A stretch of DNA of 64,000 nt from Eledone cirrhosa (lineage: Eukaryota): NCBI GenBank assembly GCA_964016885.1, contig OZ024751.1, positions 16,058,001 to 16,122,000 of the forward strand. The letters run 5' to 3'. A program made the position numbers and the translations under genes. The notes beneath the pieces are model-generated. The model saw only the letters and a program-made list of their open reading frames with translations, was not told the origin of the DNA and did no database searches. Of this stretch, positions 33,332 through 47,672 are shown one piece after another (positions within the stretch are counted from its first letter, which is position 1; each line of letters starts with the position of its first letter).

Positions 33332-33685
33332 TAATGGTGTCTTATATAGGCACAAGGCCAGCAATTGTTTTTTGGTGGGGTAGATTAAATCAACGCCAGT
33401 ACGTTACTGGTACTTTATTTTATCGACCCCCTAAGGATGAAAGGCAAAGTTAACCTGAGAGGGATTTGAACTCAGATCATAAAGGGCCGTAACTCTATGC
33501 TTCACAGCATGGCGTCCGACCCTCTACCGATACTGCCAATCCACCGCCCTAGATTAACCCATAATCATTGTTTCTACTTTAGGCACAAGGCCAGTAATTT
33601 TGATGGCGAAGGGAAAATCGATTAAATCGACCCCAGTGAGTGACTGGTACTTTATTTTATCGACCCTTAAGGATGAAAGACAAAG
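33332..33685 (-). repeat. Inverted duplication of 32659-33012 of the SINE array
   Basis: Carries copy-specific variants (CCCTCTCAGG, TAAGACACCATT) and the inter-SINE junction. Confidence 0.85.
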
Positions 33686-34207
33686 AGAGTAGAAAGAAGA
33701 AAAAAAACATAAAGTAGATAGCTTAATGAAGCGAACGTTCAGTGCATCGACTGTTTCTTAAATTAGGATTAATGCTAGAACTAACTTTACTAAACATCCT
33801 TTCAGGTAAAGGTTACTGATAAAATGCAGCATTATTTTCAATCTAGTATACGTGATTTGCTTATAAGATAAACTTGTATCTTATCGTGATAAAACATTAT
33901 ATTTTGATAACGCCTAAATGATAATGTTTTGGGATTTAATAAGCAATGTATTGAAACCATAAGTAGTTGCACAGGAGTATTGCATAATAGAATTTGACAG
34001 AATATCAGTTAGCAGAGAATTCAAACTGAGAAATTATAGAAATGAAAGTGCTGTATATCAGTTTAATTCCTAATAGTTTTCAGTTAATAACACTTTTTCA
34101 TTTCTTTTTGGTGTTAATCCCAGAGATCGTCTGTCTGATAACACAGACGAACGAATTTCATTAACACATTGCTCCATCGACCCCCCCCCCCCACACACGC
34201 ACACGCA

Positions 34208-34238
<31 letters not shown>

Positions 34239-34247
34239 GTTTGTTTT

Positions 34248-34463
34248 TGAAACAGCGAGCGAGTTTCAAATAGAAACAGAAGCTTTCGCCGTAATTTTTG
34301 ATTAAAACATTTTACCCTGATAGAGGGTTCTAAACCCGACTATCAGGCTAAAATTTCTTCAGTAAAAAAAATACGGCGAAAGCTTTTATATTGACTTTTT
34401 TAGTTTCAGAAGATCCCGTTAAGGGTGAAAGCAGCGATTCTTTGCTTAAACTTTAATCTGTTA

Positions 34464-34471
<8 letters not shown>
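34248..34471. repeat. Fold-back (34281-34385) related to 695-810, fused to the CAGAAGA-motif repeat also at 54575 and 59764
   Basis: AGCTTTCGCCGTA...CCTGATAG..CTATCAGG...TACGGCGAAAGCT; then TTTCAGAAGATCCCGTTAAGGGTGAAAGCAGCG...TTTTAATA(TA)n. Confidence 0.75.
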
Positions 34472-34548
<77 letters not shown>

Positions 34549-34589
34549 ATTTCTAACGCTGTACGCGAAACATTACGTCATTAAGCTAG

Positions 34590-34680
34590 CAGAAGTCTGA
34601 TGAGCTTTTGATTCCAGAATCGGGTCCGATCGATAGAGATCGAACCTTGAGCTGTTCAATCACGAAACGCGTGTTGCACC
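34590..34680 (+). ncRNA. Possible decayed hammerhead with extended stem II
   Basis: CTGATGA at 34597, internal hairpin CGATC..GATCG, GAAA-CGCGT at 34664; no convincing stem I. Confidence 0.4.
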
Positions 34681-35797
34681 TGAATAAACTTAATGAAAAT
34701 TTGACACCTCGTCCATACTTATTAATATTACACTCTGCTTAGTACAACCCCAAAGTACATAAAGGAGACTACGCATCGAGTGTCTATTTTAGTGAACCAA
34801 CAGTAACTTGACGTTACAATCCCTAAACTATGTATATATATGGGTATATATATATATATAAAAGCAAGTATTGCACCAAGATAAATATAAACATCAGGAA
34901 TTTATTTGCTGTATCGCCTGCTTGAATATTTATGCTACTTGAATATTTATACTGTCGAATCAAACTGTCTGGTAAGCAGCTTTCTTGTTTAAGCATTCGC
35001 TCCTGATATATATAAACAAAACCTTATCTACCTTCACACACACACATAGACATTTATTGTAGTCTTTTAACTTTTTTATGTGATCCAGCCCATGCGATAT
35101 GGCTACACAGGGGTACCGGCATTAAAAAATACATAATGAATATATATTTTTGTTTCCTTCTTTAGTATCTCAGTCAGCGGAGAAAGATCAGTGTACAATA
35201 ACCATTTTTAGAGTGAAAGTTAAATTTACCCAGGAGAATAATCCTCTCCAATATTCATAAAAGAGTGGACTTCGCTAAAATCAAGCCAAGGGCCAGATGA
35301 AGATATTAAACTGGTAATCGAATTACATAAACCACTGAACAGCATGCATGGTTCTTTCGACAAGGTAACAGGTAATTTGCGCGCGCCAAACCCCAATAAT
35401 AAAGGCTTTAGTCGATCCGAGGCTAGAGTAGAAGGCACTTGCTCGACATACCGCCCAGTGAGATTGAATCAGGAAACACAATTACGAAACGACCATTTTA
35501 ATCATACAGCCACAAATTTGTGAAATTGCTTCAGTTCTAACCTCGTAAGTCTCCGAGGAATCTATGTACATACATACCTATCCCTTATATCCACCATCAT
35601 TATAATGATATCTACTGTTCGTGCTTCTACTGTTATATAATGAGATAAAGCGTGTTTATCATGTATTCCCACACCTAACCTATGTTTTTCTTACTCTACT
35701 TCGTTCATTGAAATCATTTTGAAATCATTTTCCTGCTGCGTTCCAGTTCTTCTGATCCATCATATTGTTTAATTGCTATTATTTAGCTTCCACATGA

Positions 35798-36017
35798 AGG
35801 TCAGTGGATTGCTATTATCGGTAGAGGGCCGGATACCGAGCTTTGCAGCATAGAGTTACGGCTCATTATGATCTGAGTTCAAATCCCGCCGAGGTTAACT
35901 TTGCCTTTCATCCCTACGGGCTCGATAAAATAAAGTACCAGTCACGCACTGGTGTCGATTTAATCGATTTTCCGCTTCCCCTTATAGAGACCTTGTGCCA
36001 CTATAAGAAACCATTAT
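35798..36017 (+). mobile_element. tRNA-derived SINE copy
   Basis: A/B boxes and core. Confidence 0.8.
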
Positions 36018-36189
36018 TTGGCTTCCACTTCACCTCCTATTAAGCAACCATAGTCCCCAGCGTTCCAGTCATGACAAACCACTCTTATTTTCATGCAATA
36101 TATTTGGGGTTAGATTATCCAATGTCTTAGTCTATTTGTTATTGTTGGTGTTTGTCGCGGTGATATCGTCTTTTTCTTGGTTTTGTTAT

Positions 36190-36896
36190 TGTTGCTGTTG
36201 GTGATATTGATGTGGGTGTTGTTGTTGTTGGTGGTGGTGGTGAGGCGTGGTGATATTGATGGTGGTGTTGTTGTTGGTGGTGGTGGTGAGGCGTGGTGAT
36301 ATAGATATTGGTGTTGTTGTTGGTGGTGGTGGTGGTGAGGCGTGGTGATATTGATATTGGTGTTGTTGTTGTTGGTGGTGGTGGTGGTGAGGTGTGGTGA
36401 TATTGATGTTGTTGGTGTTGTTGTTGGTGGTGGTGGTGAGGCGTGGTGATATTGATGATGTTGTTGTTGGTGGTGGTGGTGGGGCGTAGTGATATTGACG
36501 AGGGTGTTGTTGTTGGTGGTGGTGGTGGTGAGGCGTGGTGATATTGATGTTGTTGTTCTTGTTGGTGGTGGTGGTGGTGAGGCGTGGTGATATTGATGTT
36601 GTTGTTCTTGTTGGTGGTGGTGGTGGTGAGGCGTGGTGATATTGACGTGGGTGTTGTTGTTGGTGGTGGTGGTGGTGAGGCGTGGTGATATTGATGTTGA
36701 TGTTGTTGTTGTTGGTGGTGGTGGTGAGGCGTGGTGATATTGATGTTGGTGTTGTTGTTGTTGTTGGTGGTGGTGAGGCGTGGTGATATTGATGTTGTTG
36801 TTGTTGGTGGTGGTGGTGGTGAGGCGTGGTGATATTGATGTTGGTGTTGTTGTTGTTGGTGGTGGTGGTGGTGAGGTGTGGTGATATTGATGTTGG

Positions 36897-36927
<31 letters not shown>

Positions 36928-36945
36928 GAGGCGTGGTGATATTGA

Positions 36946-36976
<31 letters not shown>

Positions 36977-38690
36977 GAGGCGTGGTGATATTGATGTTGT
37001 TGTTGTTGGTGGTGGTGGTGAGGCGTGGTGATATTGATGTTGGTGTTGTTGTTGTTGGTGGTGGTGGTGGTGAGGTGTGGTGATATTGATGTTGGTGTTG
37101 TTGTTGGTGGTGGTGGTGGTGGTGAGGTGTGGTGATATTGATGTTGGTGTTGTTGTTGTTGGTGGTGGTGGTGAGGCGTGGTGATATTGATGTTGTTGTT
37201 GTGGTTGTTGGTGGTGGTGGTGAGGTGTGGTGATATTGATGTTGTTGTTGTTGTTGGTGGTGGTGGTGTTGGTGAGGTGTGGTGATATTGATGTGGGTGT
37301 TGTTGTTGTTGGTGGTGGTGGTGGTGGTGAGGTGTGGTGATATTGATGTTGTTGTTGTTGTTGGTGGTGGTGGTGAGGCGTGGTGATATTGATGTTGTTG
37401 TTGTTAGTGGTGGTGGTGAGGCGTGGTGATATTGATGTTGTTGTTCTTGTTGGTGGTGGTGGTGGTGAGGCGTGGTGATATTGATGATGGTGTTGTTGTT
37501 GGTGGTGGTGGTGGTGAGGCGTGGTGATATTGATGTTGTTGTTGTTGGTGGTGGTGGTGGTGAGGCGTGGTGATATTGATGTGGGTGTTGTTGTTGGTGG
37601 TGGTGGTGTTGAGGCGTGGTGATATTGATGTTGGTGTTGTTGTTGTTGGTGGTGAGGCGTGATGATATTGATGTGGGTGTTGTTGTTGGTGGTGGTGGTG
37701 GTGAGGCGTGATGATATTGATGTTGGTGTTGTTGTTGGTGGTGAGGCGTGGTGGTATTGATGTTGGTGTTGTTGTTGGTGGTGGTGGTGGTGAGGCGTGA
37801 TGATATTGATGTTGGTGTTGTTGTTGGTGGTGAGGCGTGATGATATTGATGTGGGTGTTGTTGTTGGTGGTGGTGGTGGTGAGGCGTGGTGATATTGATG
37901 TTGGTGTTGTTGTTGGTGGTGGTGAGGCGTGGTGATATTGATGTTGGTGTTGTTGTTGTTGGTGGTGGTGGTGGTGGTGATATTGATGTTGGTGTTGTTG
38001 TTGGTGGGGGTGAGGCGTGGTGATATTGATGATGGTGTTGTTGTTGTTGGTGGTGGTGGTGAGGCGTGGTGATATTGATGTTGGTGTTGTTGTTGTTGGT
38101 GGTGGTGGTGAGGCGTGGTGATATTGATGATGGTGTTGTTGTTGTTGGTGGTGGTGGTGAGGCGTGGTGATATTGATGATGGTGTTGTTGTTGGTGGTGA
38201 GGCGTGATGATATTGATGTGGGTGTTGTTGTTGGTGGTGGTGGTGGTGAGGCGTGGTGATATTGATGTTGGTGTTGTTGTTGGTGGTGGTGAGGCGTGGT
38301 GATATTGATGTTGGTGTTGTTGTTGTTGGTGGTGGTGGTGGTGGTGATATTGATGTTGGTGTTGTTGTTGGTGGGGGTGAGGCGTGGTGATATTGATGAT
38401 GGTGTTGTTGTTGTTGGTGGTGGTGGTGAGGCGTGGTGATATTGATGTTGGTGTTGTTGTTGTTGGTGGTGGTGGTGAGGCGTGGTGATATTGATGATGG
38501 TGTTGTTGTTGTTGGTGGTGGTGGTGAGGCGTGGTGATATTGATGATGGTGTTGTTGTTGTTGGTGGTGGTGGTGGGGCGTGGTGATATTGATGATGGTG
38601 TTGTTGTTGTTGTTGGTGGTGGTGAGGCGTGGTGATATTGATGATGGTGTTGTTGTTGTTGGTGGTGGTGGTGAGGCGTGGTGATATTGA

Positions 38691-38721
<31 letters not shown>

Positions 38722-39160
38722 GATGCGTGGTGATATTGATGTGGGTGTTGTTGTTGGTGGTGGTGAGGCGTGGTGATATTGATGTTGGTGTTGTTGTTGG
38801 TGGTGGTGGTGGTGAGGCGTGGTGATATTGATGTTGGTGTTGTTGTTGTTGGTGGTGGTGGTGGTGAGGCGTGGTGATATTGATGTGGGTGTTGTTGTTG
38901 GTGGTGGTGGTGGTGAGGCGTGGTGATATTGATGATGGTGTTGTTGTTGTTGGTGGTGGTGGTGAGGCGTGGTGATATTGATGTGGGTGTTGTTGTTGGT
39001 GGTGGTGGTGAGGTGTGGTGATATTGTTGTTGTTGGTGTTGTTGTTGTTGTTGGTGGTGGTGAGGCGTGATGATATTGATGATGGTGTTGTTGTTGGTGG
39101 TGGTGGTGGTAAGGCGTGGTGATATTGATATTGTTGTTGTTGTTGTTGTTGTTGTTGGTA
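36190..39160. repeat. ~3-kb minisatellite, unit GAGGCGTGGTGATATTGAT(GTT)n(GGT)n
   Basis: Constant 19-nt core with variable trinucleotide runs; unit about 40-55 bp. Confidence 0.95.
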
Positions 39161-39447
39161 GTGTGGTGGATATTACTTGTGCTGTTGTTATTGTTGTGTT
39201 TGTTGGTGGTGATATTAGTATTGTTGTTGTTTGCAGTGCGGGGGCGTGGGGGAGGGTGATATTGCAGCTGGTGTATTTGTTGATGCTGTTGGCGTTGTTG
39301 TTGGTGGTGGTATTGATATTAGTATTGTTGTTGTTGGTAGCAAGGTGGTTATATATCTGCTGGTGTTGTTGTTGCTGCTGATACTGGTATTGTTGTTGTG
39401 AGTTGTGGGGGTGGGTGATATTGCTGTCGGGGTTATTATTGATGGTT

Positions 39448-39755
<308 letters not shown>

Positions 39756-40324
39756 AATTTTGATGTTATTATTGATCACCAGGTCAGCCCAGACTGAGAA
39801 GACCTGTGGTCAAATATGTTCCATCGATGACCACGCCGTCGGTCTGTCGATCATTGGGTTTTTTGTTATGCCATACATTATCCTATCCAACACACCCCTT
39901 TATACGGTAAGATCTCTCCCTCGTTGGTTCTAATCGAGATACGTCTAGTTACAGCTTTTGGAATTCGTTCGGTACAGCGTTTTGTAATAACACGACAGGT
40001 GCTTTTATTATTAGTTAACATGTCTCCTTTACTATTGCATGATCTGGAATAAATACAAATTCTCATTAAGCTATTTTAATTGATGATCAATGTTCGTTCA
40101 CCGAATTTGCCGCTTCTACATCTTACTTTACATTCCATATATACTTGTCCGTTGTTATCTCAACACGTACTAGTGCTTAGCAGAAATATCCGTCCCTTCT
40201 CTTCGGGACGTCATTTGTGCGTGGAGATATAACTTGTTAAGGTGAATGTGTGTGTACGTGTGAGGGGATGTGTATGTGTGAGTATGTGTGTGTGTTCGTG
40301 TGCGAATTTCGTAATGTATATGAT

Positions 40325-41063
40325 AATGGTTTCTGATTTAGGTACAAGGCTAGCAATTTTGGGGGAAGGGGAAAGTCGATTAAATGGAAGCCAGTGCGAT
40401 GCTGGTACTATATTTTATCGACCCCGTAAGGATGAAAGGCAAATTTAACTTCGGCGAGATTTGAACTCAGAACTTAAAGGGTGGTAACTACATGCCGCAA
40501 AGCATATTGGTCGACGCTCTACCGATACTGACAATATATGATAATATAATAGATTTGTTACTCCTGCGGACTTAGAGAGGGTGGTGGTGGTGGTGCTGTA
40601 GTTGATATACGGCCTTTCTTGGCTACTTTGAAGCTGGTGGTGTCCCTTTCTTCTCCAGGTTTAAACACAAGCGATTTCTTTCAGAGAAGGAGAGATAAAG
40701 TGAGAAAGAAAGTGAGAAAGAGATATAGGGAAGAAGAATTGATTCCAGTACTGGACTAGTACTTTATTTTATCGATATAGAAAGGATGAAAGGCAAAGTT
40801 GACCTCAGCGGGATTTGAACTCAGAGAGTATATATATATATATATATATAAAATACTTCACATTAATTCACAACGGTTGGTGGATTGGCAGTATCGGTAG
40901 AGGGTCGCACGCCATGCTTTGGCGCATAGTTACGGCCCTTGCCATTCTGAGTTCAAATCCCGCCGAGGTTAACTTTGCCTTTCATCCTTACGGAGTCGAT
41001 AAAATAAAGTACCAGTAATGCACTGGGTAACTGCTGGCCTTGTGCCAAAAGTAGAAACAATTA
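40325..41063. mobile_element. SINE copies (40325-40534 minus, ~40735-40825 minus partial, 40875-41063 plus)
   Basis: Family motifs; the plus copy is flanked by the direct repeat ATTAATTCACAA. Confidence 0.8.
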
Positions 41064-41984
41064 ATTCACAATACATCATCATATAATATTTATTGAACAA
41101 CTTACATTCCACTGGCTATATAAAACAATATCAAGCTACTTTTAACTCTATTCTACACAACAATTCCTATGAACAACGCTATCTATTGTGAAAATATCTA
41201 TTTTAACGTTGCTGAAGTCTTAAGACAAAATGAGACGAATGCCCAAATCCCATGACATGTTCCCCATGACAAAATTACATAAGAGGAAGTAACAAGTTAT
41301 CAGTATGGGGAACAATACGTCAACACTTACCGTAAATTACTTAAGTACTTTAGTCTTTTCTTAGTAAGGGCAATTTTATTCAATGTCTTATATTAATTAC
41401 AAGATACCACGGGAGATTTATCTAAGGATTAGCCATAAATCCTGTCAAGCTATGAAATAAGATGGCGCATGAATTTCTAATGTTATATAAAAAGATTATT
41501 GATTTTCTTTTTCTTTGAAAATCCCGAGTTACATGTTAATTTCATTATCCTTTTATATGTTGTAGTTAAATGTAAGTGAATGTGTGCAAAATAGTTGATT
41601 ACTGTTCGAAGAATACGATATAGATTTTCGATGGAAACACACGAGCTTGTGAGTAAGGGCATGTGTTTCGCTTTAGGTTAGTGCATTCGATCACGTGTAA
41701 AAATATGCTCAATTCCCACACTAATCGAACAAACCGTACTGCTCTGTAGTTTTGTTAGGCATGTAATATGGCGTTTAAATAGACTACACCTGATTCCAAT
41801 GTTGTAACTTTTGCTCTTTGATTTCTTTGTAAAGATACGTTTTTGTGGGGATTTTTTCATCTTTAATTGTATGTGCAGTGTTGTTTATTTATATAAAGAT
41901 ATGTTTGTGTGCTATCTATCTCTCTAGTGTTGCCGCCTATATAATAGTATGTTCATGGATTCATACCCTCGTGTGCTGCAAGCA

Positions 41985-42215
41985 GCACGTTCAGCTGGTT
42001 TCATGGCGTGAAGCGACTGAGAGTACAAGACCCCTTCCCTGGACGGTGCCAGTCCATCGCAGAGTCAAACCCCCAGCTATTGCTGGTACTCAATGTCAGC
42101 TGAGTATACTGGAGCAACGTGTTTTGCTCAAGAATACAACACGCAACCCATCCCAGGAATCGGACCCACGACATTACAATCGTAAGTCCAACACCCTTAC
42201 CACTAGGCCATGTGC
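41985..42215 (-). mobile_element. Second tRNA-derived SINE family (V-domain-like body)
   Basis: Minus strand TGGCCTAGTGGTAAG A box, GGTCCGATTCC B-box-like, CTGCGATGGACTGGCACCGTCCAGGG; a decayed relative is probably at ~44780-45100. Confidence 0.65.
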
Positions 42216-42358
42216 AGTGATGTTTATTTAATAAAGATATATTTCTGTGCTATTCATCGCTTATTGTTGCCGATTATATAAGAGTATGTGCAGTGGTGTT
42301 TTTTTTTGTTTTTATTGGATTGTAGCTTTGTGTAGTATGTATGGTATTATATTATTTA

Positions 42359-43966
42359 GTGAGTTCAAATCCCGCCGAGGTTAACTTTGCCTCTCAACCT
42401 TACGAGGACGATAAAATAAAGTACCAATAATACACTGGGATAATTGCTGGCCTTCTGCCAAAAGTAGAAATAATTATATTATTTAGTGACCACCCTGTAA
42501 AATTGCTATGTGTAAGTTGCGAGATTTTATTTGGTTGTTATTGTAAATGGTATGTGATACATGGAGAGGCTGTACTGTTTGAGTTATGCTATTAAATTGA
42601 CAATTGCTGTTAAAAGAAATCTGCTATTAAAAAAAAGTGTCTTTCATAATATTTCGGTTGTAACTTGTTTGTCGCCTTTTTGACTGAGTGTAGAGTTCTA
42701 AATCCTTGAACGGTCATGGAGTTTTTATTGATGTTATTATTGAACAGTCATTGAATTTTTATTTAAAGTCATTCTTTATTATAGATTGTGCTTTAATTAT
42801 TATTATTCTTCGTTTGACTTTCATATTTTCATGTTTTTCACCAGCTTCACTATGGTAGGTACTTCACCACATAGAGATCTCCATAATTCTGAAATATGAA
42901 CAGCAATGTCTCGTCTATGATAAATCCGAATTTGATTATTGTGGTGCTTGTTTTTAAGATGCTGATATTTCTTTGGTGTTTCTGTCTGACAAGTAAAATA
43001 TGAAACAAGTGGTAGAATTTTGAGTGGTGATAAACATTTTTAATAGGCTGTGTGAATAATAATAATAATAATAATTGTTTCTACTTTTTGGCACAAGGCC
43101 AGCAATTACCCAGCGCATTACTGGTACTTTATTTTATCGACCCCTAAGGATAAAAGGCAAAGTTAACCTCGGCGGGATTTGAACTCAGACTGCTAAGGAC
43201 CGTAACTCTATGCTGCAAAACATGGCGTCCGACCCTCTATCGATACTGCCAATTCACCGGGCTATAACAATGATTTCTTATGGTTTCTTATTTAGGCACA
43301 AGGCAAGCAATTTTGGGGGAGAGGAAAGTCGATTTAATCGACACCAGTGTATTACTGGTACTTTATTTTATCGATCCCGTAAGGATGAAAGGCAACGTTT
43401 GAACTCTGATCATAAAGGGACGTAACTCTATGCTGCAAAGCATGGCGTCCGACCCTCTACCGATACTGCCAATCCAACGCGCTATAATAATAATGACAGT
43501 AATACTACTACTAGTGTTACTAATACACATCAACATCAACCTACGCATCATTGCTGAATTGGCAGAATCGTTAGAACGTCGGACGAAATGATTTGCGGCA
43601 TTTAGTCACAGCCCTTTACGTTCTGAGTTCAAATTCCGTCGAGGTTAACTTTGTCTTTCATCCTTACGGAGTCGATAAAATAAAGCACCAGTAATGTACT
43701 GGGGTCAATTTAATCGACTTTCCCCTTCCCCAAATTACTGAACTTGTGCTTATATTAGAAATCATCATTATTATTATTAAGGGCGGTGGATTGGCAGTAT
43801 CGGTAGAGAGTCGGACGCCATGCTTTCCGGCGTAGTTACGTCCCTTTACGGTCTGAGTTCAAATCCCGCCGAGGTTAACTTTGCCTTTCATCCTTACGGG
43901 GTCGATAAAATAAAGTACCAGTAATGTACTGGGTAATTGATGGCCTTGTGCCTAAAAGTAAAAACA

Positions 43967-44001
<35 letters not shown>

Positions 44002-44210
44002 ACTGCAATAAGGGCGGTGGACTGGCAGTATCGGTAGAGGGCAGCATAGAGTTACGGTCCTTTACAGTCTGAGTTCAAATCCCGTCGGTGAACTTTGCCT
44101 TTCACCCTTACGGGGTCGATAAAATAAAGTACCAGTGACATACTGGGGTCGATTTAATAGACTTTCCCTTCCCTCCTAATTACTGGCATTGTGCCTATAT
44201 AAGAAAGCGT
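42359..44210. mobile_element. SINE cluster: partial plus copy 42359-42477, two minus copies 43072-43482, three plus copies 43553-44210
   Basis: Repeated family motifs separated by ATT/AAT tails; unique DNA lies between 42478 and 43071. Confidence 0.8.
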
Positions 44211-45406
44211 TTTTAAATTGCAATAAATGTGCTTTGAGCTATGTATGCTCGTGTTACTTTTCCATGGCAAAGATCGCGTAATTTATAAAGTTTTACATTC
44301 TGCAAGAATAAACAGTACTTAATAGAATTACTAATTGCAATGTAATCAAAATAACAGCCTCTTCCACGATTTTCAAATTGAAATTCTGAATTCTTTATTA
44401 TCACTGTGGATCTGATGCAACTAAATATAATGGTCGATGTTAACAAAGAAAGATATAGCGTCAGCAACACCACAAGTGGGTTGACAGTACCAACAATATA
44501 GTAAACAATACTAACAATGGCATTCTCGATCTGCTGGTAGCAAGAGCAGCTGTAGTAGCATCAGTAACATCAGGAGGGAGGATGGTCTTCATTATCTGTA
44601 GAAATGAAAAGATAATGAATTCTTTTATTAGCTACCCACGATAAACCATGATTGCGCTAAAGTGAGCACAAAGACGAAATATAATGAATAAAGAATGCAT
44701 ACGAAGAGAAGAACAGGATGGTGTAATCCTCAACAACAATAGGACACCCTGATGAATAGATAAATAGATAGCCATATATAGGCGGAAAAACTTAGTGGTT
44801 AGGATTTTCGGCTCACGATCGTAAAGTCGTGTTTTCGATTCCCAGGCATAATGTGTCCGTGATCACGGGTGCTTTATTTCCGGTTGTTCCAGTTCATTCT
44901 AAGTACCAGATGAGTACCAGTGATTGATGAGGCATTAAATATGCGAATACGTGACGTCACATAAAAAGGTGGGAGTTTGTATTGTCAGGCTTGTAATGCT
45001 TATGAAGCTGGGATAAGCACCGGTCTTCGTCTACCATGTGAAAGCAGGGAAGAACGGACGTGAAACTAAGACTCTCTCTCTCCTACAATAAATAACAAAT
45101 TACGGCTGTCACTCACAATCGAACATGACTTGGTAGCATGCACCATGCTTTCAGTTTATACATCCATGTAATCAGTCGTCACTTGTAATCAAGGAGGACT
45201 TGGTAGCATGTACATGCTTTCAGTTTATATATTCATGTAATGGCCAGTAGACGTACACACTCTCTCGCGATCATCTCAGTCTTGAGCCAAGATGAAAGGA
45301 TTTATAGCAAAGTTGATCCCAGCTAGAACTTAGGGTATAGAGATGATTTGGAACAAATATTGCAGCTCAGCTTCTTCGTCGCTCTAATGACTCTGTCAAT
45401 TGAACG

Positions 45407-45506
<100 letters not shown>

Positions 45507-45629
45507 CATATTATATTATTTAACAATGATAACAAAGGCAAGTTATTTTGCATATATCATTCATTGTTTTACGATCGTTTCGGAGGGTTGATATATTGAC
45601 TGATCTATAGCAGTAAAATATAATATAAT

Positions 45630-46050
45630 ATAATAAAGGAGGAGGAGGGAAAACATACGGTAAATCAAGATATCCCGGACACAATCCCGGGTTGTTATGC
45701 TACACCAAAGAACAAGCTTCTTCCTCCCATTTCTTGTTGCCAACTAACCGTTTTATAAAACTTACTGTAGGGCAGAGCCTCACCCTCTCTCTGCCTTCAG
45801 TTTCTTTTTCATGTGGTATTTGAAGAAGTTGATGAGGCTTTGGAAAAGCTCTTTTGGCAAACCTTTCAAACGTGTCTACAAAACACCCTCGTTTGCCTTA
45901 GCAGAGAAATACTAGCGGCACTTCCTTGACAAAGCCAGTCGGTGGTTTGATGTTCACGATGATACACTTGTATGAAAGCTAGATTAATCCTGCAAAAGTT
46001 AATATATGTTCGACTCAAACCTGTAAATCAGAAATAATGAGATACTGAAC
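45630..46050 (-). mobile_element. Decayed Tx1-like LINE 3' fragment
   Basis: Minus strand encodes QSLINFFKYHMKKKLKAER, similar to ESLINFFEFHLKRKIRVE in the 1751 element. Confidence 0.6.
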
Positions 46051-46071
46051 AAGCGTGTAGTGAAACATAAT

Positions 46072-46262
46072 TGTTTCTACGTGTGGCACAAGGCCAGCAA
46101 TTACCCAGTGCATTACTGGTACTTTATTTTATCGACCCCGTAAGGATGAAAGGCAAAGTTAACCTCGGCGGGATTTGAACTCAGAATGGAAAGGGCTGTA
46201 ACTCTTTGCGTCAAAGCATGGCGTCCGACCCTCTACTGATACTGCCAATTCACCGCCTTCAC
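46072..46262 (-). mobile_element. tRNA-derived SINE with 18-bp target site duplication
   Basis: CGTGTAGTGAAACATAAT at 46054-46071 and 46263-46280. Confidence 0.9.
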
Positions 46263-47479
46263 CGTGTAGTGAAACATAATGTCATCAAAAGAAGAGATAC
46301 AAATGTGAAAGCTTCAGAATAACAAGATCTGTAGTACAAGAACATTAAAAACACGTGAGGTTATTTTTAAAAATGGATTCATTAGTTATCACGAAAGAAA
46401 AAAAAAATGAAATGAAGAAAACATCAAAATCGCAAAATATTACCTTGATCTGATACGTGAGATGATAATAAATTTACAGTGGGGATTATCGTGGTCCATG
46501 TGTCACGTGATCCATCGGTATGACATCTTTGATGATGTATTTACTGCAAAGAGAAAAGAACAAGCAAGAAAACTCTCTTCTAAAGAAATGGAGTAGAAAA
46601 AGGGGAAATGACGTCTTAAGCTCGCTATGGAAGATGCTGGTTATCGCAATTTCAAAAAGAAATAAGAAATAAATATGCGAATAGAAAATATAGAAACAAG
46701 TGAGATAGACAGCAAGGCTTTTCTAAGTACGACGTCTTTTAAAAACATAATATCTTGTAATATTCGATTAGAGGGCGGTGGTTCTAAAGCTAACATTCTG
46801 TTCATATTTTCTAAAGATACACAAATAAGGCAGGTGTAAGACACTCTACCAGTTCTACTATCTGCCACCATTAATAAAATATAATCATCACAATCTCCAT
46901 ATGAGAACTGACTAACAAATTAGATTTTCCGTTTTATGGAAACATTATATCCCAGAACAAGATCCCATATTTCATAAACATTAATTTATTCATTAAATAT
47001 TTATCAGTTAGCTTCTGCTAATTACATTTTCTTTTCTTTCTTTCTTCTTTTATTATTTTCCCTTTTCCAACGAAGTACACAAGCGATTAAATTATCAGGT
47101 GTTTTCCCATGTTAATATACCAAAATATCACATGTATCTGACACATAGAATTGAAGAGATGTAACACAATTTTTGAGTTTTATTTTTTTGTAATAATAAA
47201 TGAAATACCGATATACTGAGGGCGAATAATATTTAGATGTATCTGCTAATGTTTTACATATATATTGTTACAACAACTATCTTGCTTCAAACGGTAATGG
47301 GAAACATGTAGGAACAATTGAAAACACATTTGCTTCATGTACTAAGATATATTTCCTTTCATGTACTAAGGACTTCATTTTCTCTCTTACGTTTGAAACA
47401 CATATATTCGTTTATCTATAAACCCCTACATAAAGACACATATATAAATATGTATATTTCAATACATAATTCGACGTTA

Positions 47480-47664
47480 TGATTGGCAGTGTCGGTAGAG
47501 GGTCGGGCGCCATGCTTTGACGCATAGAGTTACGGCCTTGCCATTCTCAGTTCAAATCGCGCCGAGGTTAACTTTGCCTTTCATTCTTACGGGGTCGATA
47601 AAATAAAGTACCAGTAATGCACTGGGTAATTGCTGGCCTTGTGCCAAAAGTAGAAACAATTATT
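47480..47664 (+). mobile_element. tRNA-derived SINE copy
   Basis: A/B boxes, core and ATT tail. Confidence 0.85.
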
Positions 47665-47672
47665 ACTATATA

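Noticed and set aside
36190-39160. CRISPR-like look (constant core with variable intervening sequence)
   Set aside because: Intervening parts are only GTT/GGT runs, not unique spacers; eukaryotic context and no cas genes.
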